From Octopus vulgaris (Eukaryota), in the NCBI GenBank assembly GCA_951406725.2, contig OX597815.1:150970001-151034000 (forward strand): a stretch of 64,000 nt of DNA. Reading direction: 5' to 3'. How positions within the stretch are numbered: the stretch's first letter is position 1; the number at the start of each line of letters is the position of its first letter. Below are positions 12,811 through 27,099 of this stretch, one piece after another. Both the position numbers and the translations under genes were made by a program. A model generated the notes under the pieces. That model worked only from the letters and a program-made list of their open reading frames with translations, had not been told where the DNA came from and did not search any database.

Positions 12811-13364
12811 GCCCTCATGCAGTTACAGGCAGCGGCTCTCGTGGCTTCTGATCTTAACTGATTGGAAGTGTTTTCATGTACATTGCTGTCTTGGTATAAA
12901 AGATGGGCTACAGCAAATATTCTGCTCAATATCACAGATTTGCTTGTCAGTTGTTTGACCTTAAACAGTTGAGCATTTCCCTTAGTGGCTGATGATATGT
13001 GCATCTCTGATCACGAACAGAAGTAGTGAGGGAGCATCATAGCCGTGTGTTGATAGGGATTCTTTGGGGTTTGAATAATTCACCTCTGGAAACATGGGTG
13101 TTTCATTCAACATCCTTAAACAACCCTTATTCAGGGACCTTTTGTAGCAGGATGGGCTACTCGACCAGAAGAAAATTCTAACGGGGCCCCACCTGCAAGG
13201 TCATGTGCTGTTTATCTCGATATGAGATCACCATGTCTCGCACATATGGTTGTGAGGTATATGCCTAGTGTACCCTTATCAAACGGGTAGTCATGATGGA
13301 TATACTGGGCTTCGTATATTTAACCACAGTGTCACTTTGATGGCATGCACTGCTCTCTCATTCA
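12811..13364 (+). mobile_element. 555-bp TAA-associated non-coding element, copy B
   Basis: Runs gccctcatgcag...ctctctcattca, highly similar to copy C, and is flanked by trinucleotide tracts. Confidence 0.85.
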
Positions 13365-13389
13365 ATACTACTACTACTACTACTACTAC

Positions 13390-13492
<103 letters not shown>

Positions 13493-13493
13493 T

Positions 13494-14048
13494 GCCCTGA
13501 TGCAGTACCAGGCAGTGGCTCTCATGGCTTCTGATCTTAACTGATTGGAAGTGTTATCATGTACATTGTTTTGTCTTGGTATAAAAGATGGGCTACAGCA
13601 AATATTCTGCTCAATATCACAGATTTGCTTGTCAGTTGTTTGACCTTAACCAGTTGAGCATGTCCCTTAGTGGCTGACGATATGTGCATCTCTGATCACG
13701 AGCAGAAGTAGTGGGGGAGCATCATAGCCGTGTGTTGAGAGGGATTCTTTGGGGTTTGAATAATTCACCTCTGGAAACATGGGTGGTTCTTTCAACATCC
13801 TTAAACAACCCTTATACAGGGACCTTTTGAGCAGGATGGGCTACTCAACCTGAAGAAATTTCTAACTAGGCCCCACCTGCAAGGTCATGTGCTGTTTATC
13901 TTGATATGAGATCACCATGTCGCGCACATATGGTTGTGATGCATGTGCCTGGTGTACCCTTATCAGACAGGTAGTCATGATGGGTATATTGGGCTTCGTA
14001 TATTTTACCCCAGTGTCACTTTGATGACATGAACTGCTCTCTCACTCA
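13494..14048 (+). mobile_element. 555-bp TAA-associated non-coding element, copy C
   Basis: Runs gccctgatgcagtaccagg...ctctctcactca, with (AAT)n on both sides. Confidence 0.85.
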
Positions 14049-14177
14049 ATAATAATAATAATGTCGATATTGATATCAAATCGCTCGCAATAATAGTGAT
14101 TCAATTAATAGTTTGAGATATGTAAATTTAGAATTTGTAGATAAGACACAAGTCGTATGTAGGTAAGGATGTGTGTT

Positions 14178-14257
<80 letters not shown>

Positions 14258-14519
14258 AGAGAGTGCGTGATGTGTATATTTGTGTGTGTGAAAATGAACC
14301 TGAAACTTTACATGTGCGTGTGTGTCTCTATGTGTGTGTGAGTATGAACCTATTAATATATATGTGTGCGCGTGTGTATGTGTGTGAGTATGAGCCTATA
14401 AATTTACATGTGTGTGTGTGTGTGAGCATGAACCTTTTAAATTTACATGTGCGTGTGTGTGTATGCGTGTGCATGCGCGTGCGCGTGTGTGTATTTATAA
14501 ATCAATTCACAAAAATATC

Positions 14520-15315
14520 GGTTTTTAATTTTGGCACTAGGCTAGCAAGTCGGTTGCACAAGGGGTAAGTCGGTTGCATTGATCCCCGTTTCTGGATTTC
14601 TTCTTGGCTTTTTCAATCCACCCCCCACCGACGAAAGGAGGAGAGACAAAGTTGAGGTCGGCAACATTTGAACTCAGAACTTAAAATCGGAAAACATGTT
14701 GCAAAACATTTTGTCCGGCGTGCTTGTCACATTAATTTATAAAAAGAGTTTCATTTCAAATTTTGGTACGAAGCCAACAATTTCGGAAGAAGGGGATAAG
14801 TCAATTGGTACTTATTTTATCGATCCCGAAAGAATAAAAGGCAAAGTCGACCTCAACGGAATTTGAACTCAGAACGTAATGATAGATTCAACGCCACTAA
14901 ATATTTTTCCAGGCGTGCTATCAATTCTGTTCTACTCTAGACACAAGGCCCGAAATTTTCGGGGTGGGGCCAGTCGATTAGATCGACCTCAGTACGCAAC
15001 TTAATTTATCCACCTCGAAAGGATGAAAGACAAAGTCGACCTCGGCGGAATTTGAACTCAGAACGTAAAGACAGATGAAATACATATTTTTTTTACTACC
15101 TACAAGGGGCTAAACACAGAGAGGACAAACAAGGACAGACAAACGAACTAAGTCGATTATATCGACCCCAGTGCGTAAATGGTACTTAATTTATCGCCCC
15201 CGAAAGGATGAAAGGCAAAGTCGACCTCGGCGGAATTTGAACTCAGAACGTAACGGCAGACGAAATACGGCTACGCATTTCTCCCGGCGTGCTAACGTTT
15301 CTGCCAGCTCGCCGC
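14520..15315 (-). mobile_element. Cluster of SINE family 1 copies (two old monomers plus a younger dimer at about 14930-15315)
   Basis: Repeated gtcgacctcggcggaatttgaactcagaacg motif. Confidence 0.8.
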
Positions 15316-15525
15316 ATTCAGTTATACAAATATTATTCGTAAAATACCAACTTCATATATAAGATATACCTAAGAAAGTTATACTCCTTCACACATACAA
15401 ATACAAATAGACATTATAGAACATATATATACGCTGTAAGAAACGCATATGTGAAAATGTCTTAATATGTGTGTATACATATGTACATGTATATGTATAT
15501 ACACACGCGCGCACACATACACACA

Positions 15526-15607
<82 letters not shown>

Positions 15608-15771
15608 TATACACATATACATATCGCGTGTAGTTACAGGCAGGCATATCTTTTTACATATGACACAGAAACATATACACATATATATATATACATATGT
15701 ATATACATGTATATATATATATATATACATACATATATATATGCATATATATATATGTATATATACATACG

Positions 15772-15821
<50 letters not shown>

Positions 15822-15964
15822 TATGCAGGTATGTATATATATATATGTGTGTATATATAGATACATACATACATACATACATATATACATACATATAGGT
15901 ATAGATATAGATATACATGCATACGTATATATATATATATATGTATGCATGTGTATATATATGC

Positions 15965-16008
<44 letters not shown>

Positions 16009-16012
16009 TCAG

Positions 16013-16048
<36 letters not shown>

Positions 16049-16385
16049 ATAAACACACACAACACACATGCATTAAGGAACTTACAATTTGTGTTTTACT
16101 TGTTTTGTTTTTCTTTTATTTTTATCAACACTGTAGATGTAGGGAAAATGGATGCCAAAAAAAAAAAAAGAGATGAAAGATCTTTATCCATGGTTGTGAA
16201 AAAATGTATTTAACACATGGTAAGGAAGAACTGAGTCTAGTGACAGTAAAATCACAGGGAGGTCACAGAATATGTGAGTAACAGCTAATATTTACAGAAC
16301 ACGTATGAAGGTGTCTTGTTAGTTTCGCAAGAAGTTAGATTTAAGTTCTAGATATTGGAAACTGCTAAGAATACGGAAAAACAGT

Positions 16386-16713
<328 letters not shown>

Positions 16714-16989
16714 TGGAAATCAAAGTGATAGAAATATATACATATATATGAACATATGCCTCACTTTCTCTCTCTGTTTCTCTCTCTCTCTTTCTCGTTC
16801 TCTCTCTCTCTATCTATCTCTCTCTCTCTCTCGCTCGCTCGCTCAATATATATGCATAAATACATGCATATACATATATACACGTGTACAGATATATCCT
16901 GCGTGTGTATTTATATCTATGTAAAAATATACATAGGTATATCTACTATATTTTTATAGTATATGTACAACTATACAGTACATACATTT

Positions 16990-17033
<44 letters not shown>

Positions 17034-17658
17034 GTATATATATAGGCATATATATATGCATATGTGAGTCTGTGTTTGTGTATGTACGTGTGTATGTGCG
17101 CGTATGTGCGTGCTCGCAGGAATGTACGTGCACAGATAATTTTAACACAGAGAATGACACGTCTGTAACATGAAATTGAAAGTCGGAGAATATTGAGTTA
17201 TAAAAGTAAACATGGCTGCCATTATTGCGCAAACATGGATGTATGGGCACTACTTTAACTTTTTTATAGCCACATGTATTTATAATTAATCAGCATTCCT
17301 ACATCCGAGACTGCTGTAAGAAAATATCTAAGTATGTCTGCACACATGCACGCATGCACGTATTTTCACATAGACAAGTTTATATAAATGCCATATATAT
17401 ATATGCATGTATATATGTATGTGGGTGGGTGGGTATGTATGTTTGTGCGTACACATTTATGTACACACTTGAACACACATACGGGTATATTACATATATA
17501 TTAGCTTATATATAATTTGGATATATACACACATTGGATATATATATATATATATACATATACTTCTTTACTGCCCACAAAGGGCTAAACATAGAGGGAA
17601 CAAACAAGGACAGACGAAGGGATTAAGTCGATTACATCGACCCCAGTGCGAAACTGGA

Positions 17659-18305
17659 GAAATTCTTATGAATTAACTCCGAAATTGGGACCAATACGGT
17701 AATAACGGATTTTTTAGAAATTTCTATCGGTTTGTTTCGAGACGCATAAATTATAATGGTTATTGACAATTTGTCTTTTTTTCGGCACATTTGGCATTAG
17801 AATTTTTCTTTTGCCCTTATCTTGTAAATTATTTATAAATTTAACCTTTAAAGGTATTTTTGGATATGCTGGCCATTGATAAAAAAATTTTCCCGAAAAA
17901 CATTTTATTCTACATTAGTTATAAATTGAATAGTGTTCACTTCCGGATTCTCTCACTCTGTGAAAGTTTCTAGTTCGAATCACATTTGTCTCGAGATGTG
18001 CCGAAGATTTTCTATTTTTCTATTTGGATATATTTGGGGTACTTAGGTCTGCACAGGACTTAGTGCTTGCTTTTTCCATGGGTATGAGTAAGTATTTCAC
18101 TTATATCTCACGTATTTATCGCTGAAGAGGGGAAAATTCTTATGAATTAACCCCGAAATTGGGACCAATGCGGTAATAACGGATTTTTTAGAAATTTCTA
18201 TCAGTTTGTTTCTAGACGCATAAATTATAATGGTTATTGACAATTTGTCTTTTTTTCGGCATATTTGGCATTAGAATTTTTCTTTTGCGCTTATCTTGTA
18301 AATTA
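17659..18305 (+). mobile_element. Partial-tandem (~475-bp period) PLE/retrozyme-like non-coding element
   Basis: 17660-17830 is repeated at 18135-18305. A hammerhead spans the repeat junction. The element ends in (CATA)/(GATA)n. Confidence 0.75.
18115..18176 (+). ncRNA. Type I hammerhead ribozyme (minimal, PLE-type)
   Basis: ttatcg-CTGAAGA-gggg..cccc-GAAA-ttgggaccaat-g-cggtaa. Stem I ttatcg/cggtaa, stem II gggg/cccc, stem III attgg/ccaat. Position 17 is G here, and A in the truncated copy at about 17696. Confidence 0.75.
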
Positions 18306-18333
18306 CATACATACATATATACATACATAGGTG

Positions 18334-18475
<142 letters not shown>

Positions 18476-18480
18476 CAGAC

Positions 18481-18581
<101 letters not shown>

Positions 18582-18770
18582 TGGTATATTCCGTTAGAAA
18601 CGTGGCGGAGTACAGTATAAAGCTCATCTACCCTCAGAATAATATGTGTGTGTATTACATATGTGTCTGTTTATGTATATACATATATACTTTCAAATAT
18701 AGATTCTGATATATACATATGCGTGTGTATGTATCCCTCCCTCCCTCTCACTCTCTAACTTTCTCTATTC

Positions 18771-18883
<113 letters not shown>

Positions 18884-19107
18884 CATATATACATATATTC
18901 ATTGTATATTTATAAAGGATGATGCATCTGAGGCAGAAGCAAGTGCACATTTTGAACATTATACGACTACAAAAGATAAAATGTGAGAAATTCAGATAAT
19001 CAAATATGGCTGACCGAAATGCAGTCGGACCAATCAGTGATGTGAGGAAGAGGTTATATTGAGGAAAGGAGATGAGAGTGAGACAGGGTGGGGGAGGATA
19101 TAAGAAC

Positions 19108-19179
<72 letters not shown>

Positions 19180-19269
19180 CAGTAGCAGCAGCAGTAGTAG
19201 TAGTAGTAGAAGAAGAAGAAGAAGAAGAAGAAGAAGAAGAAGAAGAGTAAAAAGTGAGGAATTAAGCAG

Positions 19270-20330
19270 ATAAAGCTATTTGTTGAGGAATGAGGAACTG
19301 TATGCAGAAGAGGAGAGAGGAAGGGTCGTGGAAGTTGAGGAGGAGGGGGGACGGGAAGAGAGGGAGGGAGAGGAGAGGATAGGACGAGTGGAAGGAGGGT
19401 GGATGAAGGAACGGGTAGGGGTAGCGGGAAAGGAGGGGTAGAGGGGAAGGGTGGGGAGGGGAAGGACTGGAAGGGGAAGGACGGGGGAGGGGGAGGGGGA
19501 GTGGTGGGAATGGGGGAATGAGAGAAGGACAGGGAGGAGGGGAAGGACGAGGAGGAGGGAGGATAAAGAAGAGGAGGCATAGGATGGTGGAGGAGGAAGA
19601 GGAAATGTGAGGAAGTAGAGAGGAAGTAGAGAGGTGGCGAGAGGTAAGGTGGAGAGGGAGAAGGGGAGAGGTAAGGAAAAGGAGAGAGATGTGAGCAGGA
19701 GGAAGAGGAGGAGTAGAGAGAGGTGAAGAGGAGGAAGGAAATGTGAGGAGGAGTGAGAGATGAGAAGGGGGGAGATGAGGAGGAGGGGGAGAGGTGCGGA
19801 GGAGGGAGACTTGTGTAGGAGGAGGGAGAGTGAAGAGGATAGTTGAGGAGGAGGGAGAGGCGTGGAGGAGGCAGAGGTGAGGAGGAGGGAGAGGTGAGGA
19901 GTAGAGAGAGGGGAAGAGGAGGGAGAGGTGAGGAGGAGGGAGAGGTGAGGAGTAGAGAGAGGGGAAGAGGAGGGAGAGGTGAAGAGGATGGAGAGGTGAG
20001 GAAGAGAGAGAGGCGTGGAGGAGGGAGAGGTGAGGAGGAGGGAGAAGTGAGGAATAGAGAAAGGGGAAGAGGAGGGAGACGTGTGTAGGATGAGGGAGAG
20101 GTGAGGAGGAGGGAGAGGTGAAAAGGAGAGATAGGTGAGGAGTAGAGAGAGGCGTGGAGGAGGGAAAGAGGTGAGGAGTAGAGAGAGGGGAAGAGGAGGG
20201 AGAGGTGAGGATGAGAGAGAGGCGTGGAGGAGGGAGAGGTGAGGAGTAGAGAGGGGGGAAGAGGAGGGAGAGGTGAGGAGTAGAGAGGGGGGAAGAGGAG
20301 GGAGAGGTGAGGAAGAGGAGAAAGAGAAGA
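19270..20330 (+). repeat. Purine-rich degenerate minisatellite (units such as ggaggagggagaggtgaggagtagagagaggggaaga)
   Basis: Directly visible, with a strong G/A strand bias over about 1 kb. Confidence 0.9.
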
Positions 20331-20855
20331 ACGAAGATAAGAGAATCAAGATGGGAAATAGGTATTCTGAAGACTACAGCTAGAAAGAATACCTGTATAC
20401 CCGGATATATATACACGAATATACATACGTACGTACATACGTACATACATACAAACAAACATACATGCATACGTACATACATATATACATACATACAAAC
20501 AAAAATGCATACATACTCACTCATATACACATATGTGTGTGTATATTGTGTAGGCATATGCACACTCATACACACGAATACATACACAAGTATACGCGTA
20601 TATCTACAGGTGCGCGTATATAGAAGAAGATGGGGCAGGTGGGGGGAAATATAGAGCGGAAGATGTAATTGTTTGAGAATGCGTGAAGACAATAAGCAGA
20701 AGAAAAAAAAATACAGAAGCAAGTTGGGAGCTTAGATGGCAAAAAAATAAAAGTAGGTAATTTTTGATTTCTAAGAAGAATGATAGGAAAATGTCAACTT
20801 GAAAGCCACTTGTTTGTGATGGAAAATATTGTCGTATCTTAACAATTGTGTGTGT

Positions 20856-20914
<59 letters not shown>

Positions 20915-21091
20915 TGTGTGTGTCTGTGTGTGTGTTTGTGTGTGTGTGTGTGCGCGTATATATGTCTATGTATATATTCATATGATTTTACATTATGTAT
21001 ACATTATTTACATTTATGTATATAAATATATATATATATATACATATGTTTATAACTATATGATTATATAGATACAGGATATATATGTATA

Positions 21092-21165
<74 letters not shown>

Positions 21166-21333
21166 TTTAGTATATGAAAATATGTGTATATGAGCGAGTA
21201 TATATACGTGTGAGTGAATGGGTATATGCATGTTCAAAAATGTATGTGTGTAAAACTATCAGTGTGTACATTTGTGGGCATATACATATATTTATATATG
21301 TATATTTATATCTACGTATATATACATACATAC

Positions 21334-21459
<126 letters not shown>

Positions 21460-21489
21460 GTGTGTGTGATTGTGTATAGAAGAATATAT

Positions 21490-22770
21490 TAATAAAAAGA
21501 ATTCCAACCTTGTCTGATTTTCACGTTTTATTTACAATCTTATAATGATATATTATAAGATAATATATTATAATTGAATAAAATAAAATGAAATAGTAGA
21601 ATGTTAAATATTCATTCTGATTGAACTAGTACTTTCATGCATTGAATTCTGCAATCTTCGGGTTCATGTAGTAGTGTTGACAGTCATGCTTCACAATTTT
21701 TGACTGTAGCAAGATGAGTGATTCTGTGCTATAAATACAGCTGGGTAGGCTCCAGAGTGCTAGGTTTTGCAAACTGTATTCTGACCAATCAGTGTGTAGT
21801 ATCACTCAATTACTTAAGCTGATTGGTTGGTTGAGCTGATTGGTTTAGGCATCACGCTTTGTTGGACAGGTCAAGAGTCCTGTATCTTGACCCTGGCCGA
21901 AGCAGCAATTGTTGGGTTATTTTTAGAAATGTTGTAAATATCCTTTGTCAGAGATTTTTATATTTTTATATTTCAATTGTCATCATCATCATTGTCAGCA
22001 CCTTAATTATTGTTGCTAGTGGTGATGGTGGTGGCAATAGAACTTTTAACCCTAAATAAGATAATTTTCCTGCTATCTTCGTCTTGATCACCTTTAGTAT
22101 TGTTGTTGTTGTTAGTGGTCATGGTCGTAGCAGTGGAAGTAATACCTCTAAGTATTATTATTATTGCTTATTTAGCTTGGGTTCGAATTTATCAATAAAA
22201 TTCTTTTCTCTGATTTTCCTCTCGATTTCACTTGGGCTGTGTAATTTGTAGAATGGAAATATTATATATATTTTCCGACCACATGTTGCTAGGTGGTTAC
22301 TCAAAGGTATCTGACGGACCTCTGGGTCTCTAATCTGTTGCCGGTGTACACGTGAGCGTTCTAATAGTGCGTTTCCCGTCTGACCTACATATATTTCTTC
22401 ACAATTTGGGCATTTGATGCAGTAAATTAAATTTCTGCTTTTGCAGTTCATATTCGCGTTTGTGAATATTTTCCCGGTTTTTGTGTTTATATATTGACCG
22501 GTATGTATGAATTGGCATGTGCCACATCGGCTATCATTGCATTTAGATACCGTGAATGTTTGGTCTTTGTTGCTGAGGTCAAATTTTGCCTTTGTTAGTA
22601 ATGTTTTCAAGTTTTTAGGCTGTCTTTTACTAAGCACCATAGCTCGATCCTTGATTATGTCTTTTAATTCATTACTTTGGGCAATGATTGGTAGGTTTGC
22701 TTTGGCAATGTTGAAGATATTCTGGTGACATGGGTTGTGTGTCACTATGAATGGTATGACTTGTTCTTGT
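21490..22770 (-). mobile_element. 5'-truncated Penelope-like element (Neptune-type): GIY-YIG endonuclease region plus 3' terminal repeat
   Basis: ORF 22161-22745 reads VIPFIVTHNP..CNDSRCGTC (Cys linker)..NCKSRNLIYCIKCPNCEEIYVGQTG..RSRVH..H..C..REKNFIDKF..LN. Flanked by (TA)n on both sides. Confidence 0.85.
21622..21666 (-). ncRNA. Minimal hammerhead-like motif (U4C variant) in the Neptune 3' repeat
   Basis: Minus strand tgaac-CCGAAGA-ttgca gaattcaa tgcat-GAAA-gtac-TA-gttca. Perfect 5-bp stem I and palindromic stem III (agtact). Confidence 0.6.
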
Positions 22771-23337
22771 ATATATATATATATATATACATGTACTCAT
22801 GTATATATATATATATATACATGTACTCATGTATATGTATATATATATATATGTGTATGTGTATATATATACATATGCATGTATGTATGTATGTATGTAT
22901 GTATGTATGTATGTATGTATAAAGATATATTTACATATGCACATATAGCGCAGGCAGAACTTAGAACCGTTGTTGAATAAAATACGTTTATTGTCGAAAA
23001 CGTAATATCAATGAGTGAAGTGGAATGGAATTCAAAAGGTCAACAACTTGCAGCCATCCACCTTTCAGTATTCACTCTATTTTGAAGAACAATAGAAATT
23101 CCTTTGAAACGCTTCTGTGAATTGTTATAAGAATCACTTAAACTGTATTCATGTCGCTGTAATATGAAGATAGATGTTTTTTAACTTGTCTGTCGTCTGT
23201 TTTCAAGAAAGAAAAATTATTTATTTTTGCATTGTTTTCTGTGATAGCTCATTAAAAAAATGTTTTCATGTGTATAATCGAGTGAAGAGTGTATGTTTCT
23301 GTATATGTTTACACACACTCATATGTATATATATATA

Positions 23338-24408
23338 AACAGCATGGAACGGACCATTTTTTTAACAACGAAAAAACAGAGTACAAGACAACTACACAAG
23401 GAAAAAAACCCTTCATCAGCTGTCCCTAGTTCAACTCCAGCGTGTTTCGAAGGTGAGGACAGAACACGTCTCGTCGAACTAATCCTTCCTGCGAAAGAAT
23501 TAAATAAAATTCCTTTGCAGAGGGGTAAAAACAAGGAAAAAAATGTGACAAAAACAGGACGTAAAAACAAATACAAAATAAAAATACAAATACAAAAAAT
23601 ACAGTACAAGAAGGAATAGAAACAGGACAGGAAAACAAATAATGAGGACCTATAAGCCTAGACGAGGAAAAAGATTTTTTCACGAGCGCAGGAAGAAACA
23701 TGTTTACTTGAATAAGGCCGCCAGCGAAAGGAAGTTCGTAGACCCGGCTGTGAGAGAGATGAGGAGGAGTGAGAGAGATAGAGAGGAAGGAAGCAAAAGA
23801 GGGTGAAAGAAAGAGGGAAGAAGGAGTTATAGAGTTTCGCGTCATAATTATATATAAAAACCAGCTTAGAGAAGAAGAAGAAACGGAACGAAACCAAACG
23901 AATCGAATCGAATCGAATAAAGGCGGCGAGCTGGCAGAAACATTAGCACGCCGGGCGAAATGCGTAGCCGTATTTCGTCTGCCGTTACGTTCTGAGTTCA
24001 AATTCCGCCGAGGTTGACTTTACCTTTCATCCTTTCGGGGTCGATAAATTAAGTACCAGTCACGCACTGAGGTCGATATAATCGACTTAATCCGTTTGTC
24101 TGTTCTTGTTTGTCCCCTCTATGTTTAGCCCCTTGTGGGTAGTAAAGAAATAGAATCGAATCGACGCGAAGGCGCTCGGTCATACAATAGTGTAATAAAT
24201 AAAATATATGCATACATACAAACATATTTGTACGTACCTACATCTACATGTATATATACATGCATATATAAATATATATACGTGTGTACAGGACACCACA
24301 AATAGACGTAGAACTCAACGAGAAACGAAAACGTAAAAACAGCATGGAACGGACCATTTTTTAACAACGAAAAAACTGAGTACAAGACAACTACACAAGG
24401 AAAAAACC

Positions 24409-24411
<3 letters not shown>
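23338..24411 (-). mobile_element. Probable PLE terminal-repeat remnant with ~75-bp direct repeats and a nested SINE1 (23920-24152, plus strand)
   Basis: aacagcatggaacggacc...caaggaaaaaa occurs at 23338 and 24338. TA-flanked. The SINE is inserted in (AATCG)n. Confidence 0.55.
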
Positions 24412-24466
<55 letters not shown>

Positions 24467-24474
24467 GTGTATAC

Positions 24475-24506
<32 letters not shown>

Positions 24507-24691
24507 ATGTGTGTGTGTGTGTGTGTGTCCGTATATATATGTATGTAGGTATCTATGTATCTATATGTATGTGTGTGTATGTAAGTATATATATATAAAT
24601 ATATACATATATATATTTATATGTATATATATAGATATATATACATATATATATATGTGTGCGTGTACATATATATATGTGTGTGTGTGTG

Positions 24692-24731
<40 letters not shown>

Positions 24732-24734
<3 letters not shown>

Positions 24735-24840
24735 AGAGTTTACGAAAAAAGCAAAGGAGGAGGACAGGTGGTGTACGAAACAAACAGATGTATTAGTATA
24801 ACGCTCAGGAATAGAAAAAGTCTTTTACGTTTCGAGCCTA
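24732..24840 (-). mobile_element. PLE-type terminal-repeat fragment (family shared with 37400-37570, 41109-41171 and 52840-52940)
   Basis: Minus strand taggctcgaaacgtaaaagac..ctaatacatctgtttgtt. Confidence 0.6.
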
Positions 24841-24841
24841 C

Positions 24842-24875
<34 letters not shown>

Positions 24876-25141
24876 TAGAGGAAATGGACAACAAAAGCCA
24901 AAGTTGGACGAGTATCTCAAGTTAATTATAATAATTTAGGGTAAGGTAGTTTTTTGTTATCCTTTTCCTCTAATATATACCAGCTATCAAGGAAGCCCAA
25001 TACAGATCCCTAGTTCAACCCTCAGCTGTGAACTTTGATTCTCACGGATGACCTATTAGAATACTTACTCAGCGTACCTATTCGTTTAGATCACCAATAA
25101 ACTAAACTCCTCATATTCTATATATGCGTGTGTCTGTGTGT

Positions 25142-25211
<70 letters not shown>

Positions 25212-25216
<5 letters not shown>

Positions 25217-25520
25217 CATGATCACTGTGACCGACTAGGCTATCAGATGCTGCTACACATCGCTGGTCACAATGCGCTTCGCATTGTTTTAGCCTTCAAA
25301 TGACGCCACTCCGCTGGCTAAGCAAGCAGGCCAACAGAAGAGTGAGAGAGAGTTGTGGCGAAAGAGTACAGCAGGGATCGCCACCACCCCTTGACGGAGC
25401 CTCGTGGAGGTTCAGGTGTTTTCGCTCAATAAACACTCACAACGCCCGGTCTGGGAATCGAAACCGGGATCCTATTACCGTGAGTCCACTGCTCTAACCA
25501 CTGGGCCATTGCGCCTCCAC
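25212..25520 (-). mobile_element. tRNA-derived SINE family 3 (RTE-like tail)
   Basis: Head ggaggcgcaatggcccagtggttagagcag..gtttcgattcc. Same family as 36102-36411. Confidence 0.85.
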
Positions 25521-25689
25521 ACACACACACACACACACACATGTAACTTCTAGTATTCTCATCTAAATTGTCAATGAGTACCAACGTTCCCATGTAGCAG
25601 GCGTGGTAATTTTTAAAACATACCTCTTTTCATGAAGCCGTTGGTAGTCTTGTTAACAAATAAAGTGTCTATATGTGTGTGTGTGTGTA

Positions 25690-25962
25690 TTCTTTTATTC
25701 TTTTACTTGTTTCAGTTTTTTGACTGCAGCTATGCTGGAGCACCGCTTTTAGTCGAACAAATCGACCCAGGACTTATACTTTGTAAGCCTAGTGCTTATT
25801 CTATAGGTCCTTTAGCCGAACAGCTAAGTTACGGGGCCGTAAACATACCATCATCGGTTGCCAAGCGATGGTAGTGGGGACAAACACAGACACTCAAATA
25901 CATATATATATTTATACGACGGGCTTCTTTCAATTTCCGTCTACCAAATCCACTCACAAGGC
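25690..25962 (-). mobile_element. SINE family 2, 5'-truncated
   Basis: Tail and body match 1915-2293. Confidence 0.8.
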
Positions 25963-25964
25963 AG

Positions 25965-26645
25965 AACAACTCCGAGAGAGCCGGAGTACTTCTGTGAAGT
26001 ATCTCCATCAACGTAGCTACTGTGGTGGCAGTAAATGTCCAAAGAAAGGAACGGGTAAACGAGGTGCTAGAGAGATCCATGATGTTCTAAGAAGCTGTCA
26101 TATTCTCGTACGAATTTTCTGACAATGAACGTGCATGGGGATGGAGACTGCCTAACCATGAGTGTGGTTGAAATCGCTGCAACCAACTGCGAATTATGCC
26201 GGTTTTTCAGTGATGGTGTGGGAAGCAATCAGGAGCACTGGCCTTTCAGAACTGGTGGAGTTTTTTGGCAACATAATACATCTCCATTCTTCGACAAGGA
26301 CTTCTCCCAATTTTCTCCAGTGGTCAGATGATTAAAAAAAAATGCCACCTTATTTATGAAGGATGGTGCCCCAAGTCTCACAGCCAAACACACCCGTGAC
26401 TATCAGAGGTGGGAAGATGAAACAGAAGAGTTCCTTGGCCTAGCCAGTCTTCTGATATGAACACCTTTGAGGCATACTGGACAGAAAAGCGTCACAAGAA
26501 CCAACACCAAAGTCAGATTTGTTCAACATTTTATGTAGAGCCTGGGCAGAAATTCGACAGGAGACAGTTTCTGAACTCATTTATACGATGCCAAATGGGT
26601 TAAACGTTTAAAAACTGCACAAGGCATGTCTACTAAATACTAGAT
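25965..26645 (+). pseudogene. Decayed Tc1-like transposase
   Basis: Frameshifted motifs VIFSYE (cf. VIFSDE), [16 protein letters not shown] and PWPSQSSDMNTFE. Confidence 0.75.
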
Positions 26646-27099
26646 TAAGATAACGTCATAAGAATCTTATAGACGTTCGATAGAAAGTGAAATAATTCAA
26701 AGAGTAGAATACCTATCATGTCTACAGAAGATGTGAGTTCGAATATTACGAGCAGCCTTCGATTTAGTCTATCCAAAAAGGGTTTTTCAACCTTTGATAT
26801 TTATCGGCTATTATTTATAGTTTTATGTGATGTATTCGAGATCCACTTTTCCAAAAATGAATTATTTCACGTTCTCTCGAAAGTTTATAAAATTCTTATA
26901 ACACAAATTTTTGCTGATAAGAATAAGATTTCTAAAATGGATAGTTCGAATGATTGTTTTGGCCCAATGGTGGAACGTTTGTCATGCTTACAGATATGAA
27001 TTCGAGTCCGATGGGTACATTTCGACTTCTATCATGAAAGAGGTTTTTTTTTTAACCTAATATGTACATGCTGTTATTTATAGCGGTATATGATGTGCT

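Noticed and set aside
13494-14048. HDV-like or hammerhead ribozyme in the 555-bp element (ctgacga, ctgaaga, gccctga/cagggac)
   Set aside because: No GAAA box or P3/L3/P1.1 arrangement could be assembled around these motifs.
19262-20722. 486-aa and 357-aa Pro/Ser/Leu-rich ORFs
   Set aside because: By-products of the purine-rich minisatellite.
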